Shown here: positions 1-6,175 of the stretch, one piece after another
How the letters are laid out: the number at the start of each line of letters is the position of its first letter
Position numbering within the stretch: the stretch's first letter is position 1
Assembly: GCA_036490825.1 (NCBI GenBank)
Contig: DASXDE010000097.1
Location: forward strand, 275 to 64,274
DNA length: 64,000 nucleotides
Source: Gaiellaceae bacterium
Lineage (GTDB): Bacteria > Actinomycetota > Thermoleophilia > Gaiellales > Gaiellaceae
Direction: 5' to 3'
Program-made: the position numbers and the translations under genes
The notes under the pieces: generated by a model
What the model was told of the DNA's origin: nothing
Database searches by the model: none
The model's input: only the letters and a program-made list of their open reading frames with translations

Positions 1-7
1 AGCAGCG

Positions 8-277
8 ATGTATGTCGTTGCGATCCATGCCATCGACGATCCCAAGGCGTTTTGGGACGGCGCACAGGCGCTGGAGCTTCCGGAAGGTACGACTCTGCAC
101 AGCACGATCCCAAACGAGGACGGCACTCGTGCCGTTTGTTTGTGGGAGTCAGGATCGGTAGCCACGGTCGAAGGCATCGTCGAAGGCGCGGCTGGAACCA
201 TGAGCACCAACGAGTACTTCGGCGTGAACGAGCAGAACGCGATGGGACTTCCCGCCGTTCCGGCGGCAGCGAGTTAG
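8..277 (+). CDS. hypothetical small protein (89 aa)
   Basis: ATG-initiated track ORF with a diverse composition that is not Arg/Ala/Pro-biased. It is the first unit of the repeat-delimited array. I cannot name a motif. Confidence 0.5.
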   Translation: MYVVAIHAIDDPKAFWDGAQALELPEGTTLHSTIPNEDGTRAVCLWESGSVATVEGIVEGAAGTMSTNEYFGVNEQNAMGLPAVPAAAS

Positions 278-290
278 TCGGAGGCCGCGA

Positions 291-312
291 GGGCCCTGCT
301 TCCGGCGGGGTC
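291..312 (+). repeat. possible degenerate copy (R0) of the array repeat
   Basis: gggccCTGCttccggCGGGGTC keeps the GGGCC and TTCCGG blocks at the consensus 4-nt spacing, 14 nt after the stop of 8..277. Only about half of the positions match. Confidence 0.25.
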
Positions 313-334
313 TTCGCTCCTGTGCCAGGCGTAG

Positions 335-500
335 CTAGCCCCGACCATTCTCGGCTACCCGAACGCACGCATCTACGTCCTCTCCGACAGCGAGATCGTC
401 GAGACGCCGTACGAAGAAACCGAGCGGGGCGAACTGACACGATGCTTCCTCGACGACTGCCGCCGCTTCGTGCACTACTACTCGCTGACGAGCAGACGCT
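335..500 (+). pseudogene. start-less gene fragment (..ILGYPNARIYVLSDSEIVETPYEETERGELTRCFLDDCRRFVHYY..) reading into repeat R1
   Basis: The frame is open from the TAG at 332-334, with no ATG/GTG/TTG before 470. By hand count about 46/54 plus-strand codons end in G/C, versus about 30/54 for the antisense register used by track ORF 335..757. The amino-acid composition looks protein-like. Confidence 0.35.
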
Positions 501-536
501 CGCCTGGGCCAGTATTCCGGAATGACGCCTCGGATC
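501..536 (+). repeat. array repeat copy R1
   Basis: cgCCTGGGCCAGTATTCCGGAATGACGCCTcggatc matches the consensus. The downstream TGA is mutated to TCG. Confidence 0.85.
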
Positions 537-757
537 ACCGCGTACGCATCCTCCGCGCCATCAGCCGCATGGTCGTGGGCGACCGTCTCGGCTCCAGGCG
601 GCAGTTCAATCTGATACAGGCCGAAGGCTTCGACACCAAGCGCCTGGCCGATGCCCTTGTCGTACGGGCTCGCCGCCGGATGCGGGCCTGGTGCTGCCTC
701 GATAGTCGCGGCATCGAGCTTCAAGTACGAAGACACGGACGCGCCCGAAACTAACAC
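531..757 (-). pseudogene. cupin-domain gene, N-terminal part only (motif 1 present), truncated at repeat R1
   Basis: PGAETVAHDHAADGAEDAYAVIRG fits cupin motif 1, G(X)5HXH(X)nE(X)6G. No motif 2 follows. The reading frame then enters the repeat. The track ORF 335..757 continues, but with a much lower third-position GC. Confidence 0.5.
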
Positions 758-773
758 CGGCGAAGGTACGCCC

Positions 774-798
774 GCTCCGGAATGACCCCTGAGGGACG
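774..798 (+). repeat. array repeat copy R2 (3' half only)
   Basis: GCTCCGGAATGACCCCTGAGGGACG. The 5' GGCCTGGGCCAGTG part is absent. Confidence 0.6.
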
Positions 799-816
799 AG
801 TCCTCAGCGGCCGGAG

Positions 817-942
817 TTAGGCGCGAACGTCGTCGCGCTCGTCCAACTCCTCGGGCGTAGGCCCGCGTCCGGCGCCGAGGAACATGATGTTGCGCGCCAG
901 TATCCGGAAGAACGTCCGAAGGAATTGCATTGCTCGACGCAT
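817..942 (-). CDS. candidate small ORF (41 aa, MRRAMQFLRTFFRILARNIMFLGAGRGPTPEELDERDDVRA)
   Basis: Read by hand and below the track length cutoff. It has an ATG with GGAGCGG about 8 nt upstream. It is the only plausible ORF in the R2-R3 unit. Confidence 0.3.
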   Translation of the reverse strand: MRRAMQFLRTFFRILARNIMFLGAGRGPTPEELDERDDVRA

Positions 943-1004
943 CTTAGGCCGCTCCTGCGGACGAAAGGGCACTCTGAACGAAGGCTCTGGCTAAAGGGCG
1001 CCCG

Positions 1005-1040
1005 CATGGGCCAGTGTTCGGAAATGACCCTTGACGGACG
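1005..1040 (+). repeat. array repeat copy R3
   Basis: CATGGGCCAGTGTTCGGAAATGACCCTTGACGGACG. Confidence 0.8.
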
Positions 1041-1063
1041 GGCCAGGCGGCATCGACTGCGCG

Positions 1064-1333
1064 CTACCCGACTCCCTTCACCCGGCCCATCATGCAACGG
1101 ACAAGGACGGTCCGCTTCCGAGACTTGCCTGGCAGACACCCTCGTGCCTGTGCGTCAGATGCGTGGTGGGCGTAGTACAGGGCGGCGCTGGTTCGTTGGG
1201 TGGTTCGTTGCGTTCTGACCACGCGGCTTGACCCACCGCAACCAGCAAGCGCAACGAGTGTGGCCACGACCACGGCACTCGCGACTAGCCGCCACCACGG
1301 CGGCGACATCTTCCAGGAGGGCCACCGCTTCAC
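1064..1333 (-). CDS. putative small lipoprotein (89 aa; alternative ATG start at 1309)
   Basis: Signal peptide plus lipobox (LVALAGCGG). The mature part is Arg/Thr-rich and poorly convincing. By hand count GC3 is about 72%. Confidence 0.35.
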   Translation of the reverse strand: MKRWPSWKMSPPWWRLVASAVVVATLVALAGCGGSSRVVRTQRTTQRTSAALYYAHHASDAQARGCLPGKSRKRTVLVRCMMGRVKGVG

Positions 1334-1353
1334 TGGTCGGGAGCCTACGCACT

Positions 1354-1391
1354 CGCCTGGGCCAGTGTTCCGGAATGACGCCTGAGCGACG
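1354..1391 (+). repeat. array repeat copy R4
   Basis: CGCCTGGGCCAGTGTTCCGGAATGACGCCTGAGCGACG. Confidence 0.9.
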
Positions 1392-1427
1392 CACTACGGC
1401 CGCGTCAACCAGCCGGGCGCGGTCGCG

Positions 1428-1700
1428 TTACGCGGGTGCTTGTTCGACCAGGAGGACGAGCGTCTCGGCGAGTACGCCGTCGTGTGCCATCGCGTCTGCA
1501 GCCTCCTGCGTCTGCATGTAGCTCATCATGGCATCCATGTCGGGAATGTCCATCAGGACAGCGACCCTATTCGGGTCGTCAGGGCTGACGAACGTGCGGA
1601 TGTTGGTGACCCCGAGCGGGCCGAAAATCTCTTCGCGTTTCGGCGAGGCAAGCCAGTGCTCGGTATCCGTCACGTCGTGATGCCCGATCACAGTCGGCAT
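1428..1700 (-). CDS. hypothetical small protein (90 aa)
   Basis: ATG preceded by GGAGAGGAG 5-8 nt upstream. The composition is balanced and there is no signal peptide. Confidence 0.65.
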   Translation of the reverse strand: MPTVIGHHDVTDTEHWLASPKREEIFGPLGVTNIRTFVSPDDPNRVAVLMDIPDMDAMMSYMQTQEAADAMAHDGVLAETLVLLVEQAPA

Positions 1701-1800
1701 CCCGTCTCCTCTCCTTCACGGTGCCGCGGTAATCCGCCGCACCTGAGGGCGCGAGCATACGCCCGTTCCCCGACCCGCACACGCCATGCGTAAGGAGTCT

Positions 1801-1839
1801 GGCCTGGGCCAGTGTTCCGGAATGACCCCTGAACGAACG
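1801..1839 (+). repeat. array repeat copy R5
   Basis: GGCCTGGGCCAGTGTTCCGGAATGACCCCTGAACGAACG. Confidence 0.9.
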
Positions 1840-1854
1840 TTCTGTCTGAGCGGT

Positions 1855-2325
1855 CTAACCGGACTGCTCGGTTAAGGACGAGATCGCTTCATGCACGCGG
1901 CTGGCCGGGGTCGTGGCGAGTATCAATACGTTTGCGACCCGCGCAGTGGTGACGGGATTGTTTGAGGTCATCCAGTGTGCGAGCGGTTCGGTACGTACTG
2001 CGGCTTCGGCGTTCGAGGATGAGTCGAAGACGTAAGCAATTTCGCTTCTGAATGTGACCGGATTAGTGGCGATGAGGAAGGCGGTGACGTGCTTGGCATA
2101 GGGTTGTGCGCGCCGCGGTAGGAGGATCGATTGTGGCCGCGAGGCGCGCAAGTATGGATTGGTTGGGGTTCGATCCTGCTCGCTGGCGAATGGAATCCCA
2201 GCCCGCGAGAACGCCCGCTCCACTTGACGGGCGGTGAGCCCGTGAGAACTACCGCAGCCTGCGACAGCGCCGAGCACGACGACCGCAGTCGAAGCAGCGA
2301 CCACCGCGCGGAGCGTGAGACTCAT
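1855..2325 (-). CDS. putative lipoprotein (156 aa)
   Basis: N-terminal signal peptide with lipobox (LGAVAGCGSS). The composition is balanced. Confidence 0.65.
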   Translation of the reverse strand: MSLTLRAVVAASTAVVVLGAVAGCGSSHGLTARQVERAFSRAGIPFASEQDRTPTNPYLRASRPQSILLPRRAQPYAKHVTAFLIATNPVTFRSEIAYVFDSSSNAEAAVRTEPLAHWMTSNNPVTTARVANVLILATTPASRVHEAISSLTEQSG

Positions 2326-2386
2326 CGCCAGCCGATCCTAGATGCGTCATAGACGCAGAACAAGACCGCGCTGGCACAAGCACTTT

Positions 2387-2425
2387 GGCCTGGGCCAGCG
2401 TTCCGGAATGACCCTTGAGCGGTCG
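2387..2425 (+). repeat. array repeat copy R6
   Basis: GGCCTGGGCCAGCGTTCCGGAATGACCCTTGAGCGGTCG. Confidence 0.9.
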
Positions 2426-2428
2426 CGC

Positions 2429-2457
2429 TTGACGTGAGGTCTGGTGCTAGCGATACT
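2429..2457 (+). promoter_or_regulatory. candidate sigma-70-type promoter for a leaderless transcript
   Basis: TTGACG (2429-2434), a 17-nt spacer, GATACT (2452-2457), then 6 nt to the ATG at 2464. There is no Shine-Dalgarno sequence in between. Confidence 0.3.
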
Positions 2458-2463
2458 AGTGCT

Positions 2464-3033
2464 ATGGAATCGCGCGCACCCCGCCTGAGCTTCTCGCTTG
2501 ACGCACTGATTGCGGAGGCGAAGCGCCGAGCGCGGCAGCGACGTGTTCTCGTGTTGCTGCTGCTCGTCGCTGTTGTCGCCGTCGTCGCAGGAGTGACCTT
2601 CGGCTCGTCAGGCGGCGGTTCACGCGAGAGCGGCGTCCCCGGGCAGACCGGTGGCCGCTCTGATGGATCCCAGTCCGTACAGATCGGCCCCTTCGCCGTC
2701 AGAGTGCCGCGAGGTTTCCACTGGGCGGGGCCGCTGCCACGTCCCAACACGCAAAGCCTCACGATTTCGAATGTCATTAATCCGCTTGCCCCGAACCGCG
2801 TGGAGCTCGACATCGGGTACGTCGCCTCGGCAAACAGTCCGCTGTTCAGGACGTCACAGCTGCCATTGGACATCGACAAGCTTCACGCCGGGGAGAGCGG
2901 CCGGCTGTGGAGCGGGCTCGTGTCCGGGGGTGGCTCCATCTATTCGGTGCATCTTTTCTTTGGGAGCAAAGCCCCTGCTGCTGCCCGCGCGTCCGTACTT
3001 CGCGCCCTTAGCTCGATCCACCGCGCGCGCTAA
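2464..3033 (+). CDS. membrane-anchored or secreted hypothetical protein (189 aa from the ATG; the track ORF starts at GTG 2434)
   Basis: One N-terminal transmembrane segment (RRVLVLLLLVAVVAVVAGVTFG) followed by a Gly/Ser linker and a globular part. Confidence 0.6.
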   Translation: MESRAPRLSFSLDALIAEAKRRARQRRVLVLLLLVAVVAVVAGVTFGSSGGGSRESGVPGQTGGRSDGSQSVQIGPFAVRVPRGFHWAGPLPRPNTQSLTISNVINPLAPNRVELDIGYVASANSPLFRTSQLPLDIDKLHAGESGRLWSGLVSGGGSIYSVHLFFGSKAPAAARASVLRALSSIHRAR

Positions 3034-3068
3034 CTCGGGGAACACACACTCCGGCCGCTGCGGATACT

Positions 3069-3105
3069 GGCCTGGGCCAGTGTTCCGGAATGACCCCTGA
3101 AACTC
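3069..3105 (+). repeat. array repeat copy R7
   Basis: GGCCTGGGCCAGTGTTCCGGAATGACCCCTGAAACTC. Confidence 0.9.
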
Positions 3106-3181
3106 AATGCGCGGTCGAATCGAGCTACTCGACCGCTCCAGAAAAGGGACGTGGTAAAGCGCCTGAAGGGCGAAGGCCCGG

Positions 3182-3721
3182 CTAACCCCGGCAGATCGGC
3201 ACGAGCGAAGTGCTCACCCCGTTCCACCATGGGCCGTTCCGGTTGACGTACACGATGGCGTAGCCAAACCGGAACAACTTCCCGCCGTTGAGTCGTTGTG
3301 GCAGTCCGAAGACGACTTTGCCGAGCCAACGGCTCCGATAGACCGCGCAGTATCCGTCGTAGGGTTTGACCAACTGTGCGTCGCTCGGGAGTTCCTGTCC
3401 GGTGAGGCGCGCAAGCAGCGCCGATGTGCTGCGCTTCGGCGGCGAGCCGACGACCACGTGGTAGTCAGAGACGCGCCCCGGCGAGCCCCTCACTATGTGG
3501 TGGTAGACGACGTCCCCCTTCCGAGTTTCGTCAACCCGGTAATAGGTCTTTCCGGCCGGAGGCATTCCGACTCCGTGGGGGTTCGCGGCATAGAAGCGGG
3601 CGGTCGTTGCCCCGAGGCCGCCGTACGCGGCCGTCCCAGCCTGCAGCGGCGCAGCGACGAACGCGGCGGTTGAAGCCACCAGTGCGGCGATCCCAGCGAC
3701 GAAATAGAGCAGTTGCTTCAC
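3182..3721 (-). CDS. secreted hypothetical protein (179 aa)
   Basis: GTG start with GGAGGG 5 nt upstream. It has an N-terminal signal peptide (LLYFVAGIAALVASTAAFVAAPLQA). Confidence 0.65.
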   Translation of the reverse strand: MKQLLYFVAGIAALVASTAAFVAAPLQAGTAAYGGLGATTARFYAANPHGVGMPPAGKTYYRVDETRKGDVVYHHIVRGSPGRVSDYHVVVGSPPKRSTSALLARLTGQELPSDAQLVKPYDGYCAVYRSRWLGKVVFGLPQRLNGGKLFRFGYAIVYVNRNGPWWNGVSTSLVPICRG

Positions 3722-3857
3722 GAATCCCTCCGCCTAGAGCATCTACATACACCGTCCCTCCTATTTGCGGCCGATTCAAGGGTGCTAGCCTCCCCTCGCC
3801 GCCCCCGCCGGTAGCGCGCCTGAGATCTGGGCTGCCGCGCGGGCGAGAGGATCCCTC

Positions 3858-3895
3858 GGCTGGGCCAGTGTTACGGAATGACCCCTGAGCGGCGG
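3858..3895 (+). repeat. array repeat copy R8
   Basis: GGCTGGGCCAGTGTTACGGAATGACCCCTGAGCGGCGG. Confidence 0.9.
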
Positions 3896-3924
3896 TGACG
3901 ATTCGCCTTGCCGTGCCGTATCTT
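3895..3924 (+). promoter_or_regulatory. candidate promoter for a leaderless transcript
   Basis: GTGACG/TGACGA (3895-3901), a 17-18-nt spacer, TATCTT (3919-3924), then 7 nt to the ATG at 3932. Confidence 0.3.
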
Positions 3925-3931
3925 GATCGTG

Positions 3932-4378
3932 ATGAAGCGTGTTGGCGCGTGCGTGTTAGTCGCGGGCTTCGTTGTGGCCGGGACGGGCTGCGGAGCCTCT
4001 GGCACGGTGAGCGCACAGCACTCTGCTCAGCAGCAGGCGACTAGCGGGACGCGTCCGATCAGCTACCGGCCGTTCGGCGTGGCGTTAGCAGCGCCGCCAA
4101 CGAACTTCTCGCCTCGTCTCGGCCCCAAGGACTTGTCGAAGCTCTACAGAAGCCGCTTCGGTGCGTTCGGAGGCTCCCGGAGGCCTGTCGTTGCACTCCG
4201 CCTCGTGAGCTTCCGCGGTAGACGGTTTCCCGCGTGGGTCGTGACGCTGCATCACACCTCGCCTATCTCGTATGGGCCAGGGACTGTGCCCTCCACTCCG
4301 GTTTGCGACTCGGTCGCGGTGTTCGATCTGCACAGATCAGCCTGGGCGACCCGCTTCCAGGCATGCCCGAATCCTTAG
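3932..4378 (+). CDS. putative lipoprotein (148 aa from the ATG; the track ORF starts at TTG 3908)
   Basis: MKRVGACVLVAGFVVAGTGCGASG is a signal peptide plus lipobox. Confidence 0.6.
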   Translation: MKRVGACVLVAGFVVAGTGCGASGTVSAQHSAQQQATSGTRPISYRPFGVALAAPPTNFSPRLGPKDLSKLYRSRFGAFGGSRRPVVALRLVSFRGRRFPAWVVTLHHTSPISYGPGTVPSTPVCDSVAVFDLHRSAWATRFQACPNP

Positions 4379-4397
4379 CTCGGGTCAAAGGACGCAC

Positions 4398-4428
4398 GGC
4401 TGGGCCAGCGCCCTTACGCCTGACGGAC
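4398..4428 (+). repeat. array repeat copy R9 (degenerate, internal ~6-nt deletion); last copy
   Basis: GGCTGGGCCAGCGCCCTTACGCCTGACGGAC. It ends 2 nt before the stop of the first core gene. Confidence 0.6.
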
Positions 4429-4430
4429 TT

Positions 4431-4880
4431 CTAGCGATGCGCGACCCAGATCCCGGTGCCGGCCGCCGCGACTGCTGCGGCCGCGCCCAGTAGCGTCCAG
4501 CCGAGCCCGTGGTTCGGTCCCACTGCGGACAGGGAGACGACGAGCGCGGCCACCGCGAGCCCGGCGAGTCCGAGCGTCGCCACCGCCGCTCCTCTCCGCA
4601 AGGCCAGCGCCGGGGCGGCCTGGATCTCGAGCCGCGCGTCGAGCGACCAGGCCGTCAGCTCGCCGCAGAGGAGGAGCAACACGGCCACGAGCGGTGCGCT
4701 CGCGTCGGTTGCGGCTCCGGCGGCTGCCACTGCGGCGACGTACGTCGCGCCGGCGAGGAAGAGCGCCGCGCCGAGGCCGCGACCGTCGAAGACGAGCGCG
4801 ACGAGGAACAGCAACGCGCCGAGCACGAGGCCCGGCACGAACGCGACCACCGGAGACGGTGCGCGGACGAGCGCGTCCAC
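4431..4880 (-). CDS. polytopic membrane protein, last gene of the MoxR operon (start uncertain)
   Basis: This is the hydrophobic C-terminal ~150-165 aa of track ORF 4431..5816. The rest of that ORF is an Arg-rich shadow overlapping the DUF58 gene. The first canonical start downstream of the DUF58 stop is the GTG at 4880. Confidence 0.5.
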   Translation of the reverse strand: MDALVRAPSPVVAFVPGLVLGALLFLVALVFDGRGLGAALFLAGATYVAAVAAAGAATDASAPLVAVLLLLCGELTAWSLDARLEIQAAPALALRRGAAVATLGLAGLAVAALVVSLSAVGPNHGLGWTLLGAAAAVAAAGTGIWVAHR

Positions 4881-4921
4881 GACGACTCCGGCGTACGCGG
4901 CCGCGGCTCCAGCGGCCAGCG

Positions 4922-6175
4922 CTACGCGGGCCTGGCGAGGTGCCTGAATGCGTTCACCTCCTCGATCGGTACGGCGAGCGGCTCGCCATCGCGCCACGTC
5001 ACGACGGGGACGCCGACCTGCTCGTAGCGCCAGCGAAGCGCGCCCCGGGAGAGGCGCCACAGACGGTGGGCCAGCTCGAGCGACGAGCCGGGCTCCGGCG
5101 TCACGAGCTCGAGGGGGGACACTTCCACCACGATCAGGTCGTAGCCGCGGGCGCGCAAGTCGAGCAGCGCGGCGGCGGTGCGGTTGTCGAGCAGCGGGGT
5201 GATCGCCAGCACGAGCGCCTTCGGCGGCAGCGTCCGCGGCGGCAGCACGTCGACGCCGCGCAGGGCATAGCTGTGTACGACCTCGCTGGTGAGCAGCGCC
5301 TCGACGATCGCGTACAGCTGCCGCATGCCCGTCGTCGGCACCAGCCACGAGAGGAACCCGCCGAAGCCGACGAGCCCCACACGATCCTTTCGCTGCAGAT
5401 AGATGTGGGCGAGCGTCGCGGCGGCGCGCACGGCGCGATCGTTCGTGCTCCGCCCGTCGGCGCGCACCTCGGCGAACGTGTCGAGGAAGAGGACGACGTC
5501 GGTGTTCCGCTCCGGGTTCTGCTCGTTCACCCAGAGCGTGCGGCGAAGCGCGGTCGCGCGCCAGTTGACGCGCCGCAGCCGGTCCCCCGGCTGCCACTCG
5601 CGCAGGTCGGCGAACTCGATTCCCTCGCCGCGGGTGCGCGCGACCTGGTTGCCGGCGAAGACCTGCGTCTCGAGCGGAGCGACCAGTGAGCGAAGCGTCT
5701 CCTCGCGCGGGAAGACGCGCAGCGGTTGCGCCTCGCCCGCTTCGCCTTCCCACGAGCGCAGGCCGAGCATGTCGCGGGCGCGGAAGAGGACCTTTCCCAC
5801 CCGGAAGACCCCCCAATGCTCGCAGCGCAGTTGGAGCTCCAGCGTCTGCTCCTCGCCCGCACGCAGCCGGATCGCCTGTGCCGGGCTCTCCAACCCGGGC
5901 GGCAGCGGAGCGAACAGCTCGAACCGGTCGGCGCCGCGGGTCGAGGTCAGCCAGATCGTGGCCGTGACCTCGTCGCCCTCGATCACCCGGTCACGGTCGA
6001 GCGACACCCGGACCGAGACCTCAGGCTCGTGCACGGCCAGGCCTGTGACGAGCGCGAGGAGGAAGGGAGCCGCGAGAGCGACCGGCTCCACGCGGCCGAG
6101 CGCGAGGCCTGCGACGAGTCCCACCGCTGCGAGTACGGCGTAGGCCGGCAGGCGGAAGGACGTGTAGCCGGTCAC
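4922..6175 (-). CDS. DUF58 (vWA-like) family protein
   Basis: Two N-terminal transmembrane segments, then the ..VNWRATALRRTLWVNEQNPERNTDVVLFLD.. region typical of DUF58. Its start overlaps the MoxR stop, giving the canonical MoxR-DUF58 pairing. Confidence 0.8.
   Translation of the reverse strand: MTGYTSFRLPAYAVLAAVGLVAGLALGRVEPVALAAPFLLALVTGLAVHEPEVSVRVSLDRDRVIEGDEVTATIWLTSTRGADRFELFAPLPPGLESPAQAIRLRAGEEQTLELQLRCEHWGVFRVGKVLFRARDMLGLRSWEGEAGEAQPLRVFPREETLRSLVAPLETQVFAGNQVARTRGEGIEFADLREWQPGDRLRRVNWRATALRRTLWVNEQNPERNTDVVLFLDTFAEVRADGRSTNDRAVRAAATLAHIYLQRKDRVGLVGFGGFLSWLVPTTGMRQLYAIVEALLTSEVVHSYALRGVDVLPPRTLPPKALVLAITPLLDNRTAAALLDLRARGYDLIVVEVSPLELVTPEPGSSLELAHRLWRLSRGALRWRYEQVGVPVVTWRDGEPLAVPIEEVNAFRHLARPA

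Noticed and set aside
335-757. In-frame insertion of the repeat into an intact cupin gene (as with the palindromic elements that insert into Rickettsia genes)
   Set aside because: The minus frame stays open across R1. But the distal half lacks cupin motif 2, has low GC3 on that strand and has high GC3 on the opposite strand. A junction of two fragments fits better. This is not fully excluded.
1200-3888. Repeat encodes a conserved C-terminal peptide (..GPVFRNDP*) of plus-strand proteins
   Set aside because: The plus-strand track ORFs that end in the repeat (1200..1385, 2651..3100, 3424..3888) are Arg/Ser/Pro-rich shadow frames. They overlap much better ORFs that have signal peptides or Shine-Dalgarno sites.
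501-4428. Classical integron attC sites
   Set aside because: The repeat is about 38 nt, whereas attC sites are longer. It has no extended imperfect palindrome and no RYYYAAC / GTTRRRY core boxes. Cargo ORFs are on both strands and no intI is present in the window. I kept the cassette-like idea only as a non-integron hypothesis.
501-4428. ECF-sigma-type promoter (GGAAT/GGAAC -35) or an operator acting on each flanking gene
   Set aside because: The distance from the repeat to the nearest start codon varies from about 17 to 137 nt. Orientation relative to the gene is inconsistent. No conserved -10 follows at a fixed spacing.
1-4430. CRISPR array
   Set aside because: The repeats are direct and of similar length to CRISPR repeats. 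However, the 'spacers' are 190-750 bp, differ greatly in length and contain ORFs with signal peptides and Shine-Dalgarno sites. No cas genes are present.
4881-5816. Long N-terminal extension of the membrane protein (track ORF 4431..5816, 461 aa)
   Set aside because: The upstream ~300 aa are Arg/Ala/Pro-rich and lie entirely inside the well-supported DUF58 gene in another frame. This is a typical high-GC shadow.
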